64,000 bases of DNA from Euglena gracilis (Eukaryota): NCBI GenBank assembly GCA_039621445.1, contig CP154954.1, positions 23,882,954 to 23,946,953 on the forward strand, given 5' to 3'. A program made the translations under genes and the position numbers. Each line of letters begins with the position of its first letter. Position 1 is the stretch's first letter. Shown here one piece after another: positions 27,201 to 49,765 of the stretch. Below the pieces are notes generated by a model. The model saw only the letters and a program-made list of their open reading frames with translations, made no database searches and was not told the origin of the DNA.

Positions 27201-29673
27201 GTTGGGACCCACTGACCCACCCCTGGGGGGGGGGGGGCAGGCGGGCTCGGGACTACTTTTGGGGGGGTCAAGCTTGGGTCAAAAAATATTTTTTGGGGGG
27301 CAGTTGATGTCAAGGATCAAGGAAATTCCCCCCGCTGGGGGGACTACTCGGCCCGATCCACCTCCGGGGGGTGGGCGGGTCGGGCATACTATCCACCTTT
27401 AAAAGAAAACCTCCAGCAGGAATGGGAGAACCCGTAGGGAACCGCGGCGCTTTTGGCACACTCTGCCCCGGGAAAATTTCGCAGGAAAGGGACTGCTGGC
27501 CCAACCATTGTCCAGAGCAGACCCACCCCCAAGTGACAGAATGACGACTGGGGAGCCTGACCACCCCATTCCACACCCCCACCCACCCACCACAGTATCC
27601 CGCAAAGAAGAATTCCTTTGGTGCCGAAGGAATATTCTGACCTAAAAATCCGCACCCCGGAAACATGGGAAGGGGTGGGGAAGGGGTCGGACCCAACCCA
27701 CCCACCACCGACTGAAATCGGCCAAATATATTTTTGCAACAAATCACGGGTGGGGACAGAAGAGGAAACGATAAACCAACAGCAGCACATAGCAAAAAAA
27801 GCGTGGCATATGTTGGAACAAGTGACGCTTGTTTGGAAGTTCAGGTGGACCCATCAATTATAGAACCCATTGAATAAAAAGAACAGTAGAATGAGACTGC
27901 AGCAGCTCACACACGACAGGTGGCTGCAGGGGTCAGGAACCCACCTTGGTACTCATGGATGGTGCACGGCTTTGATATGCCCTTGCGGGAGGTGTACTTG
28001 AGCGGCAGCCACCTGCACCTTTCTCAGGTGGGGGGGGGGGTGCTGTGATTGCCGCGAACCACAAATGCGCTGGGTGAGGAGTAAACTCCAGAAATCCCAG
28101 GAAATGGGAGAGAGTCGGTTCCATTCCTCAGCAGCCACAATGCAGCCACTTTCATTGGATGACGTTGTAGGTCTCTCAAACAGGCTGAATTTGACCAACC
28201 CCGGGGAGGATGGGGGTATCAGAGTGACCTGGAGTGCCTGGGCAGGCACTAACTAACCCCCCCCCCCGGGTCGGTGCCTGCCTGGCCAAAAAGTGCCAAA
28301 AATGGCCTTTTGGGCTTCCAGAGCCAAAGGCAGGGGCGGGGGGGAATTGCACATCGGGGGGTCAAAAATTGCAGTGCAAAAAAATTGCACAAAATTGCAC
28401 AAAATTGCACAAAATTGCACAAAATTGCACAAAATTGCACATACTTGGAGATTACATTGGATCCCTTGTAACGAGCATGCACGCATACACCTGCTTGGAG
28501 AATCATCTTGTTCCTTTCTCAAAAACATCCAGAAATGACAGCGCGGCACAGCAAAACAATGGGGCAAAAATGCTCCACAAATAGTTCACTCCCTGCCGGT
28601 GCAATACCTTCTCGGCACAGGTTGAGAAAGTATCAAAGAGACCTGGGCAGGGGACTCAAGATAGGGTTTGCACACTGAGTAAACCAACAATAAACAGCCT
28701 TTGAACGGAAATTTTAACTCCGCACATGAGTTTCCGAGCAAAAAAAAAAACAGGTAAGTTCTCAATTGCATCAAAAACTGACATTTTCCAAAACAAAATA
28801 TCCTGGGCCATGTGCAATTAATTGCACCAAATTGCAAAAATTGCACGGTGCAATTTTCTCCCCCCCCCCCCCGCCAAAGGCACCGGAAATGCCTTGGCCG
28901 CGTGCCCACGAACTTTTGGCAGTGTGCCCCCCGGGGGGTCGGATCTGGGTGCCTTGGAGTGCCTGCCCAGGCAGCCCCCCCCCCCCCCCCTGGGGGTGGG
29001 TTGGGTGGGGTGGGTTAATATTCAGCAGGGTCTCAAACCCAAACATTCGCGAGACGTGGGAGTCCCCAACGGGACCACATTTGGAGGGCGGGAGGCAGGG
29101 GCCTGGGGGCCGTGGGACAGGATCTCGGCGATGGACTGCGCCAGGCTGGGCTTCTCCGCCACCATCGGGGCCGGGCATCGCTGGGCCTCTCCCGGGGATG
29201 GCCGGAACGTTGTGGCCAGCGGTTTGGAGAGAGGGTGGGCATGAGGCGGGGAATGGGCGGGGGTGAGAGGGAGCAGGATGCGGCGTGTTGGTCAGCAGAG
29301 GAACCTTGGGTGAATGGCAGAAGCAGAATAAGAAGCTCGCCAAATTCAGCGAAAGTTTGGCCACTATATTTTTTTGAAAAAAAATTCAAAACACTCCCCA
29401 AAAAGTCTGCCACATAATAACCTCGCCCCCCGGGAGACCACGTATTTCAAACCTCTCCGAAACGCGCGGGTATGATGCACATTCTTCAAAAAAGAAGCAG
29501 CAGAAGAATAAATTCTTTTGCTGCTTCTGGGAGAAAGAAATCCCAGAAAATAAAATTCGGGAACATCGTTTCAAAGTGCAATAGTCGACGTATTGTGGGA
29601 CCCGAAAATCGTGCAGGGACACATGGGACATGCATTCTGATGGCAGCCATGCCAGGGACAAAATGGTTTTCAT
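274..29673 (-). CDS. TOP3B: DNA topoisomerase III beta (type IA), 27 exons; 3' end uncertain (last exon may read on to a stop at 244-246 or splice to exons left of the window)
   Basis: Exons joined in frame with consistent phases: 29659-29673 (MKTIL), 29109-29165 ([19 protein letters not shown]), 27945-27999, 27080-27140, 26137-26201, 25754-25806, 25149-25223 ([17 protein letters not shown], Toprim), 23864-23961, 23356-23416, 23159-23241 ([15 protein letters not shown]), 22643-22725 ([12 protein letters not shown]), 22189-22298, 21684-21742, 21116-21200, 20148-20262 (GYISYPRTE, catalytic Tyr), 19756-19888 (GDHPPITP), 17102-17275, 15697-15814 ([16 protein letters not shown]), 15416-15491 ([21 protein letters not shown]), 14849-14907, 14375-14467, 14009-14066, 12663-12713, 12421-12478, 12138-12204, 8812-8941 ([15 protein letters not shown]), ~274-437 ([14 protein letters not shown]; Cys-rich C-terminus). 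Colinear with human TOP3B as I recall it. Confidence 0.96.
616..1662. mobile_element. Inverted-repeat-bounded element with internal tandem arrays
   Basis: Ends GGGGGTTCTGGGGG..GTACGTACCTGG / CCAGGTACGTACC..CCCAGAACCCCC; arrays of GTACACGCAGGTCCTGGGGGG and a ~60-80 bp AATCCCTTGTGTTTCCAAGTCGTTTTGG unit (~1060-1355). No clear TSD. Confidence 0.6.
1693..1835. repeat. (CCAT)n tetranucleotide microsatellite
   Basis: Direct reading. Confidence 0.95.
3519..3938. repeat. Foldback/MITE-like inverted repeat inside element A
   Basis: Arm TTGCGCTTAAGCGCAAGTTAAAACAAAAGCCCCTGAGCTTATGGGAG.. mirrored at ~3826-3882, with extra TTGCGCTTAAGCGCAA copies to ~3938. Confidence 0.75.
4072..7719. mobile_element. TIR DNA transposon 'B' (CTTAGG family) nested in A
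   Basis: 32-bp perfect TIR CTTAGGCGGCCGTGAAGGCACTTAAGGGTTTT; 5-bp TSD TATGT (4067-4071 and 7720-7724); internal ~135-bp direct repeat (~4160-4297 and ~5073-5210). Confidence 0.93.
9744..10080. mobile_element. ~330-bp MITE family with AACCAGTCAGTCACT motifs (related copies ~15090-15395, ~20480-20807, reversed ~59593-59860)
   Basis: Ends CAATTGCTTA..TAAGCAATTG; shared internal CCGACCCCCGGGGG and AAAACCAGTCAGTCACT blocks in all copies. Confidence 0.75.
10482..11749. mobile_element. hAT-like non-autonomous element
   Basis: TIR CAGACATTCATTT; degenerate 8-bp TSD ATATGCAG/ACATGAAG; subterminal TTTTGGTGTCCAC arrays at both ends. Confidence 0.7.
18177..18588. mobile_element. MITE with TIR GTAAACCCCCCCCTAATAAGTG
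   Basis: Terminal inverted repeat and internal GTGCGCACTTATTAGGG repeats. Confidence 0.65.
28000..29108 (-). other. Nonconventional intron 2 of TOP3B
   Basis: Joins ILSHG to KYTSRKG. Ends CCC-CAGGCCCCTGC ... GCAGGTGGCTG-CCGCTC; 9 of 11 bases pair; no GT/AG option keeps the frame. Confidence 0.8.
28181..29029. mobile_element. hAT-like MITE (CAGGCTGAATTTGACCAAC family; other copies start at 16743 and 47716) with a nested insertion at ~28331-28872
   Basis: TSD CTCTCAAA/GTCTCAAA. The nested unit is flanked by GCCAAAGG and carries an (AAAATTGCAC)n array at ~28365-28440. Confidence 0.65.
29166..29658 (-). other. Nonconventional (non-AG) intron 1 of TOP3B
   Basis: Needed to join MKTIL to MVAEKPS. 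Ends (G)TCCCTGGCATGGCTG ... CAGCGATGCCCGGCCCC(G); 11 of 13 terminal bases pair. Junction can slide 1 nt. Confidence 0.85.
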
Positions 29674-29698
29674 GGCGGCCAAGGAGAAGAAGGGAGGC

Positions 29699-29712
29699 CT
29701 GGGAAAAGGGAA
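29699..29712 (-). promoter_or_regulatory. Candidate spliced-leader trans-splicing acceptor of TOP3B
   Basis: Pyrimidine tract TTCCCTTTTCCC-AG ending 25 nt upstream of the ATG at 29673. SL trans-splicing is general in Euglenozoa; use of this site is inferred. Confidence 0.45.
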
Positions 29713-30183
29713 GCATGCTTGTTGGTTGTTTGCTGCGCAACACTCAGCGTTAGGGAGCGTTGACAAGAGGGGAACCCGGACATTGTGGACCTTCAAACCA
29801 AGCACAACCTTGAAAAGGCGGTCGTGCCCATCCCCAATCCTGGGTGTAAATGGTGGAATGTGAGGAGGATGAATGAGTCACATAAAGTCCTTGATACAGC
29901 CAGAACTTAAAATTATTCAAAAATGAATAAAATGAAGAAGAGGAGGAAAAGGAAAATAGGAGGAGGAAAAAAAAACTGTTTCGGCTCATCTTGATAAATT
30001 ATTGAGCCCAAAACATCTTTGATTTTCTGGGGTTTTTTTATTTTTTTTTGAATTGCAGCATTTTCATAGAGCGGACTTGCAAACAAAAATCAGTTTTTGG
30101 TGTGATGATTACATCACAGTTCTAAAAGTGGAATGATAAACAAGGTCATTGAGGGTTAAAAAAAAACAGCCTCAGCGCAATCA

Positions 30184-33100
30184 CTTAGGCGGCCGGATTC
30201 GCACTTAAGCTTTTTTCCTTTGGATGCGCGCAATTGCGCAAATGTACCATTTTTTTGTAACCCCTGGGACCCTGTACCCTGACACCCAGAACACGATTTA
30301 AGAACCGTTACACCCATCTATTGGAGGGGATTAACTCCCAGTGGTCTGGTGTGCATGCTGCTTACCAGGTGACGTTAATAGGGCTGGGGGTGAGACTGGT
30401 GCTGTTGTACATCAAACGGGAGAGAGGCACACACCTCTTGTGACGACACTTGGAAACGGTGCTGACGTGCTGGCTAAACTGGCTGTGATACTGCCACCAC
30501 CGGTGAGAACACACGGGGCCTCATTAGATCACACCACCACAGACACACAGACTACGTGAGGCAGCCGTCACGCAACTGATGTGTGTTTGTGCGCGCAATT
30601 GCGCAAATAAAAACAATTGTGTTTATGGGCGCATTTGCGCAAATAAAACGTACACCGATGATGTTAAAATGACGTGTTGGTGGGCGCAAATGCGCGCACA
30701 AACACATTTGGTGGTGTGCGCATTTGCGCAAATGCGCGCACCAACACGTTTATGTTTACTTGCGCAAATGCGCCCACCAACATGTACTTTTACTTTCTAT
30801 GTTAAAAGACACCAATGAGGACCATGACCGTACGAGGTTTAAAAACGTGATTGGCGTGTTGGTGCGCGCAATTGCGCAAATAAACACAATTACGTTTGTG
30901 CGCGCATTTGCACAAATGCGCGCACAAACACTTTATACACCGCTTCAAAATGATGTGTTTGTAGGAGCCTTAGAGCACACAAACAAAGCTGTGTTTATTT
31001 GCGCAAATGCGCGCATCAACACACACGAGTTGTGCGATACCATCTCCTCCTCCGTGATAGCTGGCGAACGCAACTCCTCACGCCAACCAATGGTTTGCGC
31101 CACAATTACATGCTGATGAAATTTGTGGTGAGAGGTGGTGTGGAGTGTTCACTGGAACATGGCATGTGGCTGGCCAAAATTTGCCTGCCTTACGTGTGTA
31201 CATTTGTACTGCTGTTACCCGGCCCACACGACCTGTTCCTTTGGTGTCTTCTGTTTGGCAGTTAAACATCATGAATTGATGACATGCAAACGACCTGTGA
31301 CTGTTGGACACCTTTTCTGCAACAGGACTGCGTTACAAGAAGACAAAATTTGGCACCTGAAATGCCCGGGACGTGTCGGGGCGGAGTCCGTTTTACGGTT
31401 TTCTTTGCCATTTTTCCCTTGAAAAAACGTAAAAAAAACACCGGTTTTTGCGCATAATTTGGGGGGAGTGGGTCCCACCGCTTTGATGCACCCAATCCAG
31501 GGGTAAAGGCTCAACACTTCCTTGCATCCAAAGGAACGGGTGCTTGAGGGCTACCTCTCTCCGGCTGCTGGTTGCCATGCACTGGCACCACGTCATACCC
31601 CCCAGTCTTACACCCTGGTTGCGGGGTATAACGCGGTCGCTGTGGTGGGTGTCGTTGCACCGGGGAAGTGGATGCTGGCCTGTTGGGTGCTGAAGCATCA
31701 GCAGCTGATGGGGCTTTAACAGCGGAGCCCAGGCCGCAGGTCAGTGGCAGGGCCCTTGGGACCCAAAAATTGGGGCCGGTGGACGTGTACCGTTACTGGG
31801 TGGCTGTGCACCCACTTTCAGGACATCCTTTGTCTCAACCTTTCCTGGGACCTGTCAATGGCCCAAAAACGGCACCATAACACCATGTGCCGGAGGAGAC
31901 GGTGTGGTCATTTGCTTTCAACCCATTCAGAAGCCACTAAGGGTAGCAGTAGGAGGACCAAATGAAGTCGCTTTTTACTCCTCCATTGGTTGTTTATTTG
32001 CGCATTTGCGCGCATCTCGTTGTTCGTGGGCGCAAATGCGCAAATAAACATAGTAAATTGTGCAGTTTCTTCATACAGTTTATTTGCGCATTTGCGCCCA
32101 CAAACAACGTGATGCGCGCAAATGCGAAATAAACCACATCTCGAGCTGGTGTTTGACGGTTGTGTTTCCGTCACACCGTTCTTATTTGTGTTTATGGGCG
32201 CAAATGCGCGCACCAACAAAAATTATGTTTTATGCGCGCATTTGCGCAAATTTTGCGCAAATGCGCGCATACAACATAATTTTTGTTGGTGCGCGCATTT
32301 GCGCCCATAAGCTTGCGCCGTTGACAAACAGTGTGACAAACTCACCAACTGGATGGCCCGTCAGTCTGTACCGTCAGGGCCTCTATGTCACGCAGTTTTT
32401 CAACGGCGTCAGTTCATGGGTGCCAAAGCCCAGCACAGGAAGGACAAAATTGTGTTTATGCGCGCAATTGCGCGCATCAACATGAACATGTTGGTGCGCG
32501 CATTTGCGCGCATAAACACAATTTTGTCCTTCCTGTGTTGGGCTTCTTCTGCTGGGTTCTTTGCCACACAACTGGTTCTGCGCATCCCGGGTATAAGCCG
32601 GGTGGGAGACACCCGTTCCCCTTCATTCCCTTCATTCCCTGCGGACCCCATTTCTTCCCCCCTGCGCTTCCCTTGCCCAACACCCCACACTTACCCTCCT
32701 TCCCCAGTGTCCTTGTCGCCGGCTTGGTCACACCACACCCACACCCCCCCGGCACCTCCTCCCCGCGCTTTAACAAACAGCCCCAGAACACCACACCAAG
32801 GCGCCGCAAGCAAAGCAGTCCGGCAAACACCCAGGACACACACCGCTGGCAGCTCGGACACATCCAGGGACACAGCCGAAAGAAGCAACAAGGGCAGGAA
32901 AGGTCCCGTTCCTATGGTGCTTTTTTGCGTTCTTTTCCCTTTCGGCCGGCAAGGTCCCGGGGGTTTCGACGTACAAAGTCCATTCTGCGGACACCCCAAA
33001 AACACCATTTTTCGCCAAAGTCCCGGGGGTCTCACCGCCAAAAACAGAATTTTGCTCGTTTTTTGCACTCTCTTGTCAACGTGTTTTCAAACCCCCCTGA

Positions 33101-33204
33101 CCTTCACAGCCGAAACAAAGCAGAATAAAAAAAAATCTCTCGTAAATTTGCGCAAATGCGCAAATAAAAAGAAAAAAGCTTAAGTTCGAATCCGGCCGCC
33201 TAAG
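30184..33204. mobile_element. TIR DNA transposon 'C' (CTTAGG family) between GLO1 and TOP3B
   Basis: 34-bp TIR CTTAGGCGGCCGGATTCG(C/A)ACTTAAGCTTTTTTC with one mismatch; 5-bp TSD AATCA (30179-30183 and 33205-33209). Confidence 0.93.
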
Positions 33205-33418
33205 AATCAGTGCAGAAGACAAGAGCCACCAAGTCCAGACGCCAGCGTAAGCAAAGAAATGGAATAAAGACGCACGTGAGATCAGCCATCTCTGCAACCT
33301 GCCGTACACAAAACCAACTCGCAGTGGGGAAAAAAAACTTTCGGATGTGCGGGGCTGGATTATGGCGCGTTGCATCGTGCGGCATCCCGCCTGGAGGCCA
33401 GGGGGTTGTGGCGCGGAG

Positions 33419-45468
<12,050 letters not shown>

Positions 45469-48225
45469 CGTTAGGCCTCAGCGGGACATGCAAGTCCTTC
45501 AAGGAGCAAGGGAGCGGCCGATGGGGTGGGGAGGAAAATGGGCTACATCGGCGCTGGCACCGTGCAACACCGCAGTGGGCCAGGCAAAGCCCATCAAAGT
45601 CACGAGAGCGACAAAAGTGTTCCTTTTGCGGATCACATAACACCACTCCTCCAAATGGTGCCGCTCTCGTTTCCCCCCGCCCGGGTCAACGTCACCACAG
45701 TGACGCAAAACCCAACAACAAGCACAAGGTTGGGTCCAAAATCTCCTCTTTGGAGGCGGGAACCCCGGATTAGGGCAGGGAGGAGGATGAGAACTCCGAG
45801 ACGTCTTGGAGGAGGAATGCAATGCAGTCCGCGTTTTGCGTGCCATCTACTCACACAAGAAAACGATTAACAGCCTACGGGCAGCATACGGGCTGAATCG
45901 GACTTGGAAACCCACGTGAAGAAAAAAAAACCCTCCTTGGCTGTGGGACCCCATCAGATCCCACCGTGCAGGTCCCCTCCGCACACCCTCCCCCCAATTA
46001 TGAATCTCTTGGCTTGTCATCGTCATTTCCGGTACCAAAATCAATCAAATTTCCATCTGCGCTCGGGGGTCAAGGGGGGGATATGCAACAAGCCCCTCAA
46101 AATATGCAATGCAAAAAAATGCAAAAAAAGTGCAAAAAAACATGCAAAAAAATACAAGTTGTATATAAATTCCTTGAGGAGCTCCCCGGGGATATACACT
46201 TTTCCACTGGAGAGGTGTAAATCTTGTCCTTCCTGAGGAAAGGTTTTTCACTTTGCAACATTCTTTTGCCATGCAACATGGTGCAAGTTTTGGGTAATCA
46301 CAGCTAACGCCCCTGTTGTTGGCATGGATTGACATTGTAAATGAAACTCCAGAGAACAGGTTTTTTTTTGGAACTTTTTGACAGAGTTTTTGAAAAGTTT
46401 TCAAAAATTATCTGAAAATTTTGACAGCATTCGCAAAATAATTTGACAGACTTTTTTGAAAAAATTGACACAAAAATCGAGCCAGTGATTTGTCCAATGG
46501 GGGCAGATTCTTCAATTTTGCCAAAAAGTTTGAAACGTATTTTTTCCCCAAAGACCCTGTCAAAAAGTTTCCAAAAAACCTGTCAAAAAGTTCAGGGATT
46601 CTGAACGCTTCATAAACTGTGTCATTTCTTTGCAAGAATTAGTCAATCTGTTCCAAGAATAGATTGCGCCAGCTGTGGATATACGAACTTTTCTTTAACA
46701 GGACTCAAAAAAAAAACATGACAAAACAGTGTCTGCGCACTTTTTCAAAAAAAAAATTCAAAAATTCACCAAGGAACACCACACCAAAAAAAGTGTGGTG
46801 CAAACTTGCAAAGTGACATGATTTGCCCAGTTGCATGCATTTACATTTCATAGTGCAACAACCGTTAATGTGAAATGGTCCAAAAATGTCTAAATACAAC
46901 TTCCATCTGGTGAGAGAGCAGTTTGCCTGTGCAATCGTGTAAAAAAGGTCGAAAAGGCCAAATAAGCAAAAAACAATGCAAAAAATGCGACTTTTTCAAA
47001 AAAAATTCAGTGGACAGAATGAAAACGATGCAATAAACTGCACATTTTCAAGATTTTGGATTATCCAAAAAATGCAAATTATGCAACTTGCATATTTTCC
47101 CCCTTGCAGGTCCCTGTGCCGGGGAACCACCGTTTTACCCTTGTAATAGACAGTAAGGAGACGACAGCAGGCCGACCTTGGGCTTGAGCACACTCGAATA
47201 CCTATCCCGGGGAACAGAATCAATCGGTTTCCGGTTTGAGGGCCAAAAGGCCGTTTCTTATATGACCAGGTGACCATACCCAGGGGTACCCACATTTGGG
47301 GTCCCAGAGCACCCATCCAGATTCCTTCAAACTTTGCAGGTTTTGCGACATGCGCATGTTTTTCACACCTGTAGACACTAATCCGGCCGGCACACTCGAA
47401 TACCTATTCCAGGGAACATAATGGGAACCCCCAATCGGTCACTGCTACACACAAATGGAACGAATGTCATCAGGTAGTTTCCAGGTTAACATCCTTGGAA
47501 ATTTCCATGGCCAGAGTGTTGAAGCGGATACCTCAAACAGCGTGAGGTCCATGCTTCCAACCGAAATCTGATCAGAAGGGGATGACAACCCCTTCTGACC
47601 TGCTGTTCTGGGACAGGCTTTCTGCGTTCTCCGTTCTCAGTTCTCCGTCCGGCGAGGCTACTGTACCACGACGATGTGGCGCTGAGGGTTGGGCATCAGC
47701 CGGCGGGGCCGACAGCAGGCTGAATTTGACCAACTCCAGGGCGGGGGGTCTCCGAACGCCATGGAGTGCCCTCCCCTCCCCCCTGGGGGTCAGTGCCTGC
47801 CTTGCCGTGGGCCAGAAACGGGCCAAAAGAGGCCATTTTTTCAGGACTTGTGCACTGGCGTACCTTGGCTGAGTGCCCATTTTTGGCCATGTGCACTCCC
47901 GTGCTGAGGGGGCAGTCGGATCTGGGTGCCTTGGAGAGCCTCCACAGCGGATATCCGCCACCAGGCTGAGGTCGCCCATGCGGTAAATTTCAGCCGGGCC
48001 AGGAGAGGGGGGCCTCCAGTGGCAGCTTCGACTCCCCTCAAGGAGGGCGAGGTCAGGGTTTTTTAAAGACCGGGGGGGAACCCCACCCACCCACCCCCTG
48101 GGGGCTCCCCAGGGGGGAGCCGGCAGAACCCACAAAATTTGGCCAAAAAAATCGCAAAAAAGTGTTAAAAAAAGCACCTTTTCAAAAATTTTCGGCGCCT
48201 TCGGCACCGAAAAGTATATCCCACC

Positions 48226-49403
48226 CAGGCATTATTATTTTTTAAGGCGCCTTAAAAAACCTTAAAAAACCTTAAAGAACCTTAAATTTTTTTTGCCAAA
48301 ATGCCTTAAAAAACCGTAAAAAACCTTAAAAAACCTTAAAAAAATCACCCCGGGGAAGTTTTTCTTCCCCGTGATGACCTTAAAAAACCTTAAAAATTTT
48401 CCCTGGGGATTTTTTTTCTTGCACCAAACAAATAATGGCATGTCTGAAACCCCGCATAAAGCCAGTCAATGCAGAAGCGGTTGTGAACAAACAATATGAA
48501 AACCGGATTGTTTGCCCAGGTTTCTGGCATAGTTCGGTTGGCCTCGGTTCACCAAAAGCTGTGACACACGGCCAGAATAAGCAACACTTGCAACCACATC
48601 TTTCTTGATTTGAATTATTTGAGACATTCTTAGAGGAGTCAACCCAAATTGCTCAAAAGTGAAATTGCAGCAAAAGTTGCATGAACAACAAAAAACATCC
48701 CGATTTGGGACAATTTACTACCTTGAAAAATGAACCCAAAATGCATGGTTGGTTTTTTGATGGAAAATTACATCTTCCCAGAAAAATTACCAAAATAGGG
48801 ATGAAAATTGTTAGTTTTTAGGAGGGGGGTCAAAAAATGCAGGTCAAAAAAATGGGACCAAATTTTGGAACAGTCAAATTTTACTGACATATTTTCCCTT
48901 AGAAATTTTTTTGGATTTTCAAGGGCATTTTTTTTGCTTCCAAAATCTCTCAAAATCAAAATTTTGAGAAATGTTGATTTTGACAAAAAAAAAACTCAAA
49001 GATTTCAGGGTTAAATTTGGTAGTTTTAGGAGGCGGGGGGGGTGGAAAATAACGAAGGTCAAAAAAGGTGGACCAAACTTTGGCACAGTCAAATTTTACT
49101 GACACTTTTCCTCTGTCAAATTTGTTGGATTCCTGAAATGCCTAAAATGGCAATAACTGTCCCTCATGGACCGCCCTGATCCCATGCTTCGCCCGAGGCT
49201 TCTTCCTTGGGCGTTCCGAAGCCACAGGAGTCGGAAGCCATCGGGCCATCTTCGGGGTCTGAGATTTTACCTGAGGAAAAAAATGCCTTAAAAAACCTTA
49301 AAAAATTTAGAATTCCTCAAAAAACCTTAAAAAACCTTAAAAAACCTTAAAAACCGCCTTAAAATTTTTTGAGAAATCTCGCCTTAAAAAAAAATAATGC
49401 CTG
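48226..49403. mobile_element. hAT-like element nested in the 48054-49503 MITE
   Basis: TIR CAGGCATTATT..AATAATGCCTG; perfect 8-bp TSD ATCCCACC; CCTTAAAAAA subterminal arrays at both ends. Confidence 0.88.
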
Positions 49404-49661
49404 ATCCCACCCCCTCCGGGGGGACCCCCCCCCAGGGGGGGGGCTCGGCCGGACCCACCCACCCTACCCCCCCCCGGGGGTCCACGACTAAAAAAAACTC
49501 CTGGGCGGGGAGCGGCGGGCAGAGGGCGGATGGTGACACACAGCGGTGTTTTGGGCAAGGCTGAGATGCAAGGCGTCGGCCCGGTGGTGCGCGGGTTGGG
49601 CCCAGTGGCAATCCAGGGCTTCCGGAAGGGGGGGGGGGGGGGGGGGGGGGGAGTGGCTTCT

Positions 49662-49765
49662 GATGCGTAGGGCGTTCGGGGTAATTGATGCGTAGGGCGT
49701 TCGGGGTGACTGATTCATAGGGCGTTCAGGGTGATTGATAAAATTGGCTGGCGTTCGGGATGGTG
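49662..49765. repeat. Degenerate 25-bp tandem repeat (3-4 units)
   Basis: GATGCGTAGGGCGTTCGGGGT(A/G)A(T/C)T and diverged copies. Confidence 0.7.
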
